Origin: Hemiscyllium ocellatum
Taxonomy: Eukaryota
Direction: 5' to 3'
Length of the DNA stretch: 64,000 nucleotides
Assembly: GCF_020745735.1 (NCBI RefSeq)
Contig: NC_083450.1
Span: 10,785,883-10,849,882, forward strand
The notes below the pieces were generated by a model, which did no database searches, was not told the origin of the DNA, and saw nothing but the letters and a program-made list of their open reading frames with translations. The position numbers were made by a program, and so were the translations under genes. This document shows positions 32,640-44,670 of this stretch, one piece after another. Position 1 is the stretch's first letter. Every line of letters starts with the position of its first letter.

Positions 32640-34730
32640 ACCTTCACAAAGGTGGACAAAAAGAAATCGGGAAAATGTAGGGAATTCAGGGTCAAGTGAA
32701 ATAGGAATTGAAGGAAATAATTATCCACAAGGGAGATAATATAAGTGAAATTTATGGGATTAAAGATCACCAACTCACCAGGAGCAGGTCACGTACATTC
32801 CAGAAAACTTTAAGAAATGTAACTAAAACAGTCAAGCATTGGCGGTTATGTTTCAAAACGTTTCAGAAAACTCAATAGAGGCTGATATCCCATCAGCAAG
32901 TCACCCATGTCAACGTGAAAAGTTCTTGACAGCTCCTTTAGCATCAGTTCTCAGGCTGCCAGTATGTCTGACATTGTTTTTTTTTAAATATCGTCAGCTA
33001 GGGTTCCTTGACTGGAACAGATTAAGGGAGCTGAAAATGCGTTGCTGGTTGAAGCACAGCAGGTTAGGCAGCATCCAAGGAACAGGAAATTCGACGTATC
33101 GGGCCAGAGCCCTTTATCAGGAGCTCAGGTTTTCTGAACTCCACTTGGCTGACCTCATTACTATTAATTCAGAAAGAGTTCCTCTGGATTTAAGGTTAAA
33201 TAATGTAACACCATTGTTGAAAAGGAGGTAGGGAGCACACAAAGGACAACATACCTGTTCGCATCAGGTCAGTAGTGAGAACATTATAAAACATGTAATA
33301 GGAGAGCACGTAGAAAGCAGTGTGAAGTTCGAACAGATTCTGCATTGATTGAAATCATGCTTCACAAATGGATTGAAATTGTACTAAGGTGCAACGAGTA
33401 GAACGGATAAGGGGAAGCCCATGGATGTAATTTATTTGAATTTTCAGATGGCTGTTGATAAGTTCTAACATAAGAGATTAGCTTATAAACTTAAAGCATA
33501 TGCAATTGGGGTAGTGTATGGATCTGTGTAAAGACTGGTTGGTAGTCAGCAAACAAAATGAAGCAACAAATTGCTTTTTTTTTCAAGCAGCCAGAAATAA
33601 TTACTGGGACACAGCAAGGTTTAAAGCTTTGACCTCCGCTATGCACAATACATACCAATGAGATGTTGAGAAAGTACATGTCATAGATACAAGTGTGCAG
33701 GCGATAAAACACTAGATTGGAACATAAACTCTCAGGAGGATGAAGATATGCTTCCGTGTGAGTTAAACAAGTTCACTGAGTGGTAAAATGCCTAACAGAT
33801 GAAGTAAAGAAAGAGTCCATCACTACCCGACTGAACCAAACGGCTGATTTGTCTTTGGAGAAGGACAGTAACGGATGATGGCATAACGAGAGGGTCACTT
33901 CATCTCAAGCAAGGAGAAATGTTGAGAAGAAGAGTGCTCATGGTAACCTCAACTTGTGTATCAATTGAGGCCATGCTGTTGATACCACACTGTCTCACAA
34001 ACCAGCCAATTGATCTAACTGACCAATTGAATTTAAATATATCATGGATAAATGAGAGATCATCCATTTTTTCAAGGAAAAACGGGAAGGTGGTTTACGG
34101 CAATCATTTTCGGAATGAAGGAGTGCCAAAAGGCTGTGTCCTTGTACACAACTCACACGAAGTAAGCATTCAGCGGCAGCAGGTATTGAAGAAGGCAAGT
34201 CATAGCGAGAGGAATGAATATGGGAACAGGTATGCCTCAGTGCAATGATGAGATCGCATCTGGAGTATTGTGTACATGTTTGGTCTGCTTATCTGATAAT
34301 GATTTCTGGCGATAGAGGGAATGCAGTGAAGGTTTACCAGATTGTGATGGCAGGTCTGATGCATAAATAGATTCAATCAGTTAGGGCAATTCGGATAGGT
34401 GTGATGATACATCTCTTTACAAAAATCAAACAAACTCGATCAGGACGAGACAGATAAACTTAGAAAGTATGTCCCCAGTATTCGGGGAGTCAAGAACCAG
34501 GAGTGACAATCTCTGGACATTGGAAGGCCATTTTTAACATAGGTGAGGAGCATTGTTTTTCATCCTGAGAGTAGTGTGCCTGTGGAATTCTTTGCCACGG
34601 ATGTAGTTGATGCCACAATATTTTCCAGGTGAAGATGAGTATATTTCTCTGGGCTACGGCAATTAAGAGGTTGTTAGTGAAATTAGTAACAATCGACAGT
34701 GTAGGATGATGAGGCACTATCATGTTGAAT
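32640..34730 (+). mobile_element. Very decayed CR1 fragments with a nested Penelope pLTR piece (33027-33125)
   Basis: Remnant RT-like motifs and CR1 3' sequence. Confidence 0.6.
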
Positions 34731-35489
34731 GGTGTATCAGATTCGGAGGGCTGAATCCTTACTTCTACTCGTAGTTATTCTATTTTTCTATGTTAAAATC
34801 ATTACTCCTTCTGCATTTTTCCAGAGGAGATTCACTTGGCAAATGGCAGGTGAGACAGATCTAATTGCATGTCTGACCAATATATTTAGAAACAGCGTCT
34901 TATTCTCCGAGGGGAAATATTTTTGTTTCCACAGTCAGCTCTGAGGCAATCTTTCAGCAGCTAGCAATAATGAAGTTGCACTGGCCTTTTCGATCTGAAC
35001 TCACAATGCAATGATAATTCTGGCATTCATATGTTCAAAAGGGACACGGGCCTTGGCGTGTACATTGGAGTTGAAATCAGGCAGAACACGGAGACTCCAA
35101 TGAGTATATCTACAACTGGAAAATAAGTAATAACAAATTTTATTCTGTGCCAAGAAAATGCCTTGAAGGTCACCCTTTATGTTCGAGCACTGGCCATTGG
35201 CGAAACAGACTGAGTCCATCAGACCCTATGACTGACATCAGTTATGACAGGTCAAAACAATGTCTCTATTGTGAACCTCATGCAGAATATGTAATTCCCA
35301 CTCAATCCAATAAAATGAGACCAGGTCAATCTCGCGATATTACTAATATGAGCATCAGGAGTACAGATATAAGTCATTGTGCTGGTATTAATTCCTTTGG
35401 CGATCACTGACCACAACATGTTTGCATGAATATAACCCAGGAAGCGAAGGCCAACACCAAATTGTGATTAGGAATGAGAATTAATCATT

Positions 35490-37160
35490 CAAGAAATGCA
35501 TCCTATCGAAAGAAAATGTATAAACGTGATTTGAATGTAAATATAGGAGCAATGATCACGAATTTTGAAGATGACACCAAATTTGTTGGTGTAGTGGGAA
35601 GTGAAGAAAGTTATCCCTGAGTACAACGGGAGTGTGATTAGATGGGCTTATATTTTGAGAAGTGGCAGATGGAGTTAAATTCACATAAATGGAACGTGCT
35701 GCATTTTGGAATGGCAAACCAGAGCAGAACTTATACCCTTCATCACAATGTACTAGGAAGTGTTGCCAATTGAAGGGAACTGGGGTGCAGGTTCACATTT
35801 CCTTAAAGGTCGAGTCGAAGGGAGACAGACAAATAAAGAAGGTGTTTGTTACGTCTACATTTATTGGCCACCGAATTGAGTACAGAGTTGGGAGATCATG
35901 TTGCAGCTGCACAGGGCATTGATTATGCCACTTTTGGAATATTGCATTCATTCTGTTCTCCCTGCTCAAAGAAAGATGTTTAACTTGACAGTTTTGAGAA
36001 ATGATTGGCAGCAATTTTGCTGGGGTTGGAGGTTTTGCCTTATTGATAGAGGCTGAATAGGTTGGGCCTACTTTCCCTGGAGTGAGTGTCGGAGGCTGTG
36101 GGGTGATCTTATGGATGTTTAAAATGAGAAGCATGGCTTGGGTAATTAGACAATGTCTTTTCCCTGGAGTAGCTGAGTCCAAAACTAGATGACATATGTT
36201 TAAGGTGAGAGGAGATACTCTTAAAAGAGACTTAAGCAACAACGTCTTCATACGGAGGGTACCGCATGAAGTAATAGAAGCTGGTTCAATTACAACATTT
36301 AAAACGAGCTGGATGGGTATAAAGATGGGGAGGGTTTAAAAAGATATGGGCTGAATGCACAACTTGAACTGAAGGTTCTGGATCTATGCTATACATCTTT
36401 ATGACTCGTTGTGAGCTGTTCCATTTTGAGAGGTCAAATGCGAGAGGAAGATATGCAGTAAATTTCAGGACAAAGTGATCTTAAGGTTCAAGTCCATAGC
36501 TCCCTGCAAGTTGCAAAGCAAGTGGATCGGGTAATTTAGAAACCACACAGCATGCTTGCCTTCATCGATCGATGTAATGAGCATAAATGTTCGAACTCAT
36601 AACACAACTGTAAGGGAATTTACAGAGACCATATTTTAGATTATTGTGTGCAGTTCTGGTCACCAATCTACTGGAAGGGTGTGGAGGCTCTGGGGAGTGA
36701 CTAAAAGAAATTTAGCAGGATGGTGCCTGGATTGGTGCCTATTAGTTATAACAACAGGTTAACCAAACCTTGAATGTTTTGCAGGAACGTCACAGGATGA
36801 TGGGTTACACAATAGAAATATATAAAACTAACAGGGGCATTGATACAATAGATAGTCTACGTCTCTTTCCCAGTGTGAAAATGTCGCAGGTTTGAAGTGG
36901 ATGGAGAAAATTTAAAGGAGATGTGCGAGAAAATTTTGTTTTATACAGCAGGCAGTAGATGCCTGCAATGCGCTGGCAGGCGAGATGGTAGAAGCAGGTA
37001 TGAATGCAAAGTTTAAGAGGCATTGAGACAGACACATGAATAAATGAGGAAAACAGGAATATGAGCCTTGTGTAACAGATTGGATTAATTTTGCATCACA
37101 GTCACTGCAGATATAATGGGGTAAAGGGTCTGTTCCTGTGCTGTACCGTTTATGCACGAT
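35490..37160 (+). mobile_element. Two decayed CR1 3' fragments in tandem
   Basis: gaagatgacaccaaatttgttgg (FADDTK remnant) and ttattgtgtgcagttctggtcacc (YCVQFWSP). Confidence 0.7.
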
Positions 37161-38274
37161 GCAAAAGTCCAATAGGTTTATTTGAAATCGCAAGCGTTTT
37201 GTGCGAAGTTCCTTCATTAGTTGAAATAACTCACCAGGGACCTCACCCACCTCCTCTGTTTCCATGCATAAATGCACCCATACCCTAACTGGCCCTACTT
37301 TTTATCCCTGGATTCCCTCTTGCTCCCAATATACATTTAAAATGGCTTTGAATTATCTGTATTCCCACTTGGCAAGTACATGCTATGGTGCCCCCAGCGT
37401 TCCTATTTCCTTATTTAAGTTATTACTGATTCCTTTATATTTCTCAAGGGCCTTGACTGAGTGTTGTTTCCTGTACATTATGTCATCTTCACTTGTCTTT
37501 TTCACTAAAATCTCTTGTTATCCAAGGTTCACGAATCTTGCCGTGCACATCTTTCATCCTCACAGGAACATGCTGGTCGTGCGGTCTGGTCAGGCAGTTT
37601 TAAAGCACCCCCACCGTCTAGAGGTGTATTTCACTTCAAACAGCTGCCACCAAACCATTTTTTACACTTCCTGCTTAATACTATTGTAATTCGCCTTCCC
37701 CGAATTTACTGTTTCCACCCAAATACCAGTTTCATGCGTGTCCATAATTATCTGGATACTTTAATTTTCGTCACTGTTTCCAAAATTCTCCTGCATTGAA
37801 ACTTTGATCACCTGGCCAAGCTTATCCCCCAATGCAAAATCTAATATAGCCACTTCCCCAGTTCACCTCAATGAATGCTACAATTTTTTTTGTAGTTATC
37901 TTTCAGGTGAAACCCGTGGATTATATCTGAAAGCTAAGTGGGCCAGCTGGTCTTTGTGTATTCTAAAAAGCTAAAAACTAACCAGTTTAATATGATGAGA
38001 CATTTCAACCTGTGTTTAAACAATCCTGAAAATTTAATGATCACTGGATTTGGGGAAGAAAATTTTCAAAAGTGCTTTTTGCTCTTTACTGTCATTTTCA
38101 TTCTGCAGGATTTGTTTCGTTTTCATTTTTAGGAGAAAATATTCTCTCAGTGGTTAATGTCATGCCAGTTACGTACACAGTGCAATCTGTCTGCTGGTCA
38201 AAGGAATCAAATTTATGAAAACAAATTCATAACGGAATGAAGTAATAATTTCGAGAACAGAAAGAGCAGTTTGT

Positions 38275-38535
38275 AGAATGGGATCACTACACTGTGGATG
38301 CAAGCCATTCATACAATTAATTTCACATCGACCCTCCAAAGAGCATCACATCCAGCCGCTACATATCCCTGCATTCGTTCTAGTTAATCCATCTAACCTA
38401 CACATCATTGCACTGACAGGCGAAAACCCCCACACACGGGGAGAATGTGCAAACTCATGACCTGAGTCTGGAAATGAACCTAGGTCTTTAGTGCTGTAAG
38501 GAAGCAATGCGACTCTCTGAGCCACCATGCTGCCC
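38275..38535 (-). mobile_element. Decayed tRNA-derived SINE
   Basis: ctgagccaccatgctgccc is the reverse complement of the SINE head. Confidence 0.7.
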
Positions 38536-40389
38536 GGTTAAATGTCACAGTTCCAATATGTGAAATCTTCTGGACACCCGTTTTCGCCAAATCTAACTCA
38601 TGTAGAGGAAGGCAATTTCCAAGTTTAGATCAGATCAACAATCATGCTACTGTGTAGATAAACCGTCTTGAGTTTTACGGTGGTCTGCTCCAGCTCGTGA
38701 TTAGTCTGTCTACATGTAAGTAAGTCTGAAGTTATTCACTCTGGTCAAAAAAAATGACAAGACGATTTGAGTTAAACTGTGAGAAATTGAGAAATGCATA
38801 TGTCGAGGGGGAATTGATAGTCTTTGTTCGTGAATCATTCAAGCATCAAGGAAACTTCATCTAATTACAAAAGAAAATACTTTGTTGGGCATCACCTCAC
38901 AATAGTTTCAATACAGATGGAAATTTGTCTTTCAGGAGCTACTTTTACTTTGGTGAGACTTCAGCTAATGTATTGTGTAAACTTTTTACACCTTATCTAA
39001 GCCCCAAAAAAATTACCACAGTTCGATTGAAACTAAGGTTCACCAGATTTCTCCATGGACAGGTGCAATTGCCATTACATTACTTACAGTGTGGAAACAG
39101 GCAGTGTCCAGCAGTCTTCATACCAGATATCTCTAAATGTTCTCCCTGATACCTTTCGAAATTTCCTTTAAAGAGACTTCACTGGCGATCTCTGACATCC
39201 CATTCTCATGGAAACATGGGGTGTTAACTTCAATTGCCCTCCACCACTTAAGTTTCAGTTTCATAACACTTCGTGCCCACTTTAATTTCAAGAACTGACG
39301 TTATATTGTTTTCATTTAAACTGTTTAATGAACAGCAACATTTGCTACCGTGTTCTATAGTTCAGTGCAGGTTTAATTTAAATAGTGGCTGTATGTCTGA
39401 TAATGGTAGAAGCTAATATGAGTTGTACTCTTCCTGTTTTAGATTTCGAGCATTTAGGGTATTTTGCTCTTCTACTACTACTCAGTTTATATTGTCGAAC
39501 CTTGTTCTACCCATGACATTATATGACTGCGAAGTGTAAAAGTACATCAGTCGTATGCATCTGTTAAGCGTGCAATATTGTCTCTTCCTGGGTTTTTTTT
39601 GCAATTCAGAGCTTGCTGTATTCAGCAACTTTGGTAACATAATTTTTGTATTGATAAAAACAAGTTGATATTGATTGAAAAGCAATTATGCCAACATAGA
39701 ACCTAATGAAACACGTTTCTACTATACTGTTAAGAATCATAGTCCATGAGCATGTTTTGATTTTCTCTGATCATTTCCATCTCATATCCACATAAAAACT
39801 TATGGAAAATGCACAGGATTAGATCATTCAGCCCTTCCCTGAGAGCTTTGTCACTCAATATCATAATGATTTATCTGGGTGTAACATCAAATCCGCATTT
39901 TTCATCTGCCAGTGGCAAAACTTAACGCAATATTAAACAGAATCTATCTGCTGTTATCTTTAAATAATGCTCAAATATTTCTCTCCAATTGCTTTTTCTG
40001 CAAGAGTTCGCAAAATGTCACACAAATCTCAGAGAGAGAGAGAGAGTGGAAAACCAACTAATCTCTACTATAATTGGTTAATCCCTAAGTTTCAATTAAT
40101 TCTCCCTAGTTTCACATTCTTCCATGAGATGAAACATCTTCTCAACGCGTAATCTGCCAAGAAACGGCATAATCTTCAAGGTTTCTGACATGTCACCTCC
40201 TTCTCTTCTAAGTTTCAAAGCATACAAAAAACATGTCTTCATAAAGCCACAACATTGTCATTGCCTCTTTTAGTCTGATTGATCTCCTTGCAACTGTCTC
40301 TAATGTATCCTTCCTTAGAAAATGTGGCTATTGTGTATACACTATGTCATAAGTGATCTCACTGCGACCTGCAAAACTGAAGCAGAACA

Positions 40390-41655
40390 TTGTCGACAGC
40401 GTTTTGCTTGAAAAGCACAGCATGTCAACCAAGGTCCGGGGAGCAGGAGAATCGATGTTTTGGGCATAAGCTCTACATCAGTAGTACTGCTGATGGACCT
40501 GCTATGCTTTTCCAGCCCCACACTCTCGACTCTGATCTCCAGCATCTGCAGTCCTCAATTTGTCCCTAAAGCAGAACTTTGCCACATTCAACTTTCATGC
40601 ATTCTTTGTAGACATCTGAAGTTATACCTTTCATGCCTTGATTTATGCTTTTCAAATAAAATATAAGCAATTGAGATACTAGCACTTACTACTCTGACAT
40701 GCTATTCGTTAATGTTGCCAACCTGGGGAAAAAAAATACTCTTTGACATAGTCTCTGTTTCCTTCTAACCACCCAATCCTCAATCATATCCTGCAGCAGC
40801 ATCAGGTCTTTACCAACAGTAACCTGATTTGTAGCACTTTATTAACTTCTGTAGTTATTGGATACAGATGGATCTTGCTAACAAAGGGATCTTTGATTGG
40901 GGTTTTTAATCTGGGTTAATCAGGAAGACTTGCCTGACCAGTATAAACAGGGAGAAAGTGAGGACTGCAGATGCTGGAGATAAAAGCTAAAAATGTGTTG
41001 CTGGAAAAGCGCAGCAAGTCAGGCAGCATCCCAAGGAACAGGAGAATCGACGTTTTGGGCATGAGCCTTTCTTCAGAAGCGCCTACTGCGCTTTTCCAGC
41101 AACATATTTTCAGTATAAACAGGGGATTTGGAATCTTCCCAGTTCAGAGGACTGACTCCAAACTGGGCGACAGTCAGTGTACTGTGCACAAGTAAATAAA
41201 GGCTGTGGGGATAACAGCTTCCGTATTGTTAAATCAAATTCCTTGTGGAATTCTAAGTGCAGTGAAATCACTATTAATTTATTTATTTGCCTCCATTGGC
41301 AGATTTTTTTTCGAAAATTATTTAGCAGGTTCTGCCTTTCAACGTGCTTTTAATCGTATAAGTGCCCCGTAACGTTCTTTTAAACTGCTTTTGTTGAATA
41401 ATTTATGAGAAAATTAGGGATAGATGAGGCCATTCAGCTTGACCCGATTGCTTGCCTGTTCGATTATCATTTATATCAATGTCCCTTTTCAGCATTACTG
41501 CACTTGCCTTTAATATGGAGCAAGTCAGGACTGTAGATGCTGCAGATCAGAGTCGAGCAAATAATTCTGATGAAGGGCTTATGCCCGAAATGCCAATTAT
41601 CCTACTCCTTGGATACTGCCTGACTGGCTGTGCTCTTGCAGCGCAGCACTTTTGC
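40390..41655. mobile_element. Cluster of three Penelope pLTR-derived repeats (40390-40560, 40953-41112, 41520-41655)
   Basis: Shared gactgcagatgctggagat...gcagcatcc...ctgatgaagggc sequence, with local inverted arrangement. Confidence 0.75.
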
Positions 41656-41942
41656 CTTTAATATGCTCAAGGCTTGATCATGTACAATAATTTAATATTG
41701 AAATTTCCAAACTTTAGATATTCTCTGAGTGAGGAAATTCTTTTCCATTTCACTCTTTCTTGGGTTGCTTTTTATCCAGGTATTGTGTTTCTTAGGTTTA
41801 CACTCATCAGCGAGAGTAAGCATTGGCTTTCCACATCCACCCTGCTGCACGGTGTAAGAACTTGTAAGATTCAATGATGTTGCCGTTGATTCTTCAAAGC
41901 TCTGGCGAGTACAGTTTCACTTCTCATAAATTCTCATCATAA

Positions 41943-42240
41943 GGGTGGCACGGTGTCACAGTGGTTGCCATTGCTGCCTCACAGCGCCAGAGACCTGGGT
42001 TCAATTCCCGCCTCAGGCAATGGCTGTATGGAGTTTGCACTTTCTCCAGTGCCTGTGTTGGTTTCCTCCGGGTGCTCCGGTTTCCTCCCATAGTCGAAAG
42101 ATGTGTAGGTCAGGTGAATTGGTCATGCTAAACTGCCCGTAATGTTAGGTGAAGGGGTAAGTGTAGGGGAATGGGTCGGAGGGTCGTTGTGGACTTGTTG
42201 GGCCTAGGGGCCTGTTTCCACACTGTAAGTAATGTAATGG
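41943..42240 (+). mobile_element. Full-length tRNA-derived SINE
   Basis: gggtggcacggtgtcacagtggttgccattgctgcctcacagcgccagagacctgggttcaattccc head; taagtaatgtaat tail. Confidence 0.9.
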
Positions 42241-42659
42241 CAATTGCACATGGTCCCTTTTTAAAAAAGAATGGAGAATGCTGAGAGAATATTTTAGCAG
42301 TGATTCAGAACTGTGAGCAGTCTGGACAGTGAATGTGATGAAAGAAAGTTACTTCCATTCTTGGAAGCATCAGCAAGGTGCGGGCACTACTCGTACTGCC
42401 AGAAATTTGGTCTAGAACAGTTTCAATAAGGTATTCTGAATAAAATTACATCATTGTCTGAAAAGGTAATACAAGCATGGCAAGGCGAGACGGGGAGTAA
42501 CGGTCACAAGGTAAACTGGACGGACTTCAAGAGGCGGTGCAGACATAAATGGATGAATTATCTTTCTTTAAACTCCAGAAAATATCGGATTCTATATTTC
42601 TCCAGTGCATCCCCATTCCTTCCTCGAGCACGTCGAGTTCCAAGCGATTGATTGTGAAA

Positions 42660-43420
42660 GAAGGTTCTTTAGTCACAGGCATAGATAGAAGTTTCTATTG
42701 CCAAAAGCACGGAATCAGAATGGTGTGTTGTGTCCTGGCCCGGATTAAGGATATCTCGGCAAGAGTGCAGAATATTCTCAACGGAGAGTTTGACCAGCAG
42801 GAGGTCGCAGTACACATTGGAAATAACGATATTGTAAGGGAAACGTATGAGATTCTGAAGGAAGAATACTGGAATCTGGGCAGGAATTTTAATAGATATC
42901 CATGAGTCTGGTAGTATCTGGAATGCATTAGATGCTACGAGATAGTGAGAGTAGGAATAGAAGGAGAGAGCAGATGAATGTGTGGCTGAGAAACTGCTGC
43001 AGGGGAGAAGGGTTCATATTTTGGGATCATTTTAATACCATCTCGGGTAGAAGTGACTTGGTAAGAAGGAAGGATTTAGCCTGAAATGAAAGGGGACGGA
43101 TCTACTGGCAGGGAGAACTGCTCAAACTCTTTGTGAGGATATAAACTAATAATGTGGTTGGAAGGGTGTGTGAAGGTTAGGGGTTGGAGGGCGTGATTTT
43201 GGGACTCAAGCATATCGTGAACAAAGAGATCAGTCTGAGACTGGTACAGTTGGGAAAGGAGCAAATCAACTCGTGAGGGCAGACAATAACAAGGCGGAGA
43301 ACAAGGTAGGACTGATAAATTAAACTCCTTTATTTCAATGCAAGTGGAAGGCAGATGAACTCAGGACTTTGTTAGAAACATGGGACAGGGATATTGTAAC
43401 AATTACAGAGACGTGCCTCA
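42660..43420 (+). mobile_element. Decayed CR1 ORF1 / ORF2 junction fragment
   Basis: VCCVLARIKDISARVQNIL...VAVHIGNNDIV (esterase); ORF1 ends ATA AAC TAA at 43141-43149. Confidence 0.8.
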
Positions 43421-43569
43421 GATGTGGACAGTCGATAAGCTTAATGTTCAAGTATACAAATGCAATAGGAAGGATTGAAAGATGGGCAAGAGAGGAGGGA
43501 GAGTGGCGTTTTTGATCAGGGAAAGCACTACTATCACAGGGAAGGTATTCCGGTGAATATGTCCAGGGA

Positions 43570-43950
43570 TTCCACTGCTCGTCTTTTAGCAACACCTCAG
43601 GATGCATTGTCATTCAAGTTGGCTATCGATCTGAGTGACGGAGTGTTAATGTTACAGTCTGACAAGAGGACAATGAAAAGATGGAAAGATGTATTGGGTA
43701 TTTTTCCAGAAATGTAAATATTTACCACCAGAAACAATGCACAGTTAAGAAGGAGATATTGGGCTTGGTAATGGCGTTGGAACATTTCAATTCATATTGC
43801 CAGTAATATATCTGAGATAATTGTCCATATTAATTATAACCCCTTAACGCTTCGGGGGTGGGGTGGGGGTGGAGGGGGGAGTAAAGGTAAAATTACCAGA
43901 CTGTTTAGATGGAGTTTATCTTTGCAGTCATTTAATTTGAAAATTAGACG
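43570..43950 (+). mobile_element. Ty3/Gypsy RNase H remnant
   Basis: FKLAID.SD (ORF 43475-43717), KEILGLVMALEHF, YNPLT and RWSLSLQSFNLKI across frameshifts. Confidence 0.65.
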
Positions 43951-44169
43951 CATTGCATTAACAGAAAAGTTGTCTGCAACCTTGCCAAAATGCACTACTA
44001 CATTCTATTACAATCTGTTTACAATTCGATAATGCAAATTGACTGAGGAGCTGTTTCAATTTGTTAATCATCCCATAAGTACCCCGCTTGTCAAAATGTA
44101 AATTCAAACAGAGCTTCTTACAAAAAGGTGAGATTTCAGAGGCAAAAGTCAGGCAGGGATCATGGAACC

Positions 44170-44670
44170 GTTTCTCTGCTGTAACCATACCAAACTAGAA
44201 TAAACCTGAACTGTGAAAACTGGCGAGGGGCCCGACGCCTGGAGGAAGAATGCTTCATCTTCTGCCTCGGAAAAATTCAATCCCAGGGCATCAATGTGGA
44301 CTTGAACACTTTCCTCATTTCCACTCCCCCCACCTTACCCCAGTTTCAACTTGCCAGCTCAGCACCATCCTCATGACCTGTCCTACCTGCCAATCTTCCT
44401 TCCCACCTATCCTCTCCACCCTTCTCTAACATATATCACCTTCATCACCTCCCCCATCCACCAATTGCACTCTTAGCTACCTTTCCCCAACCCCTCCCTC
44501 TCTCATTTACTTCTCCACCCCAGAGGCTCGCTGCCTCATTCCTAATGAAGGGCCTTTGCCCGAAATGTCATTTTTTCTGCTTCTTAGATGCTGCTTGACC
44601 TGCTGTGCTTTTCCAGCACCACTCTAATCTTGACTATGATCACCAGCATCTGCTGTCCTCACTTTCTCCT
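44170..44670 (+). mobile_element. Penelope-like element 3' end and pLTR
   Basis: End of the GIY-YIG ORF (ctggaggaagaatgcttcatcttctgcctcgg) followed by the pLTR with a decayed hammerhead at about 44542-44570. Confidence 0.75.

Noticed and set aside
38177-38215. CACAGTG heptamers (also near 23526 and 52017) and a GCAAAAACC nonamer-like word at 59099
   Set aside because: No heptamer-nonamer pair at 12 or 23 spacing and no adjacent V, D or J segment.
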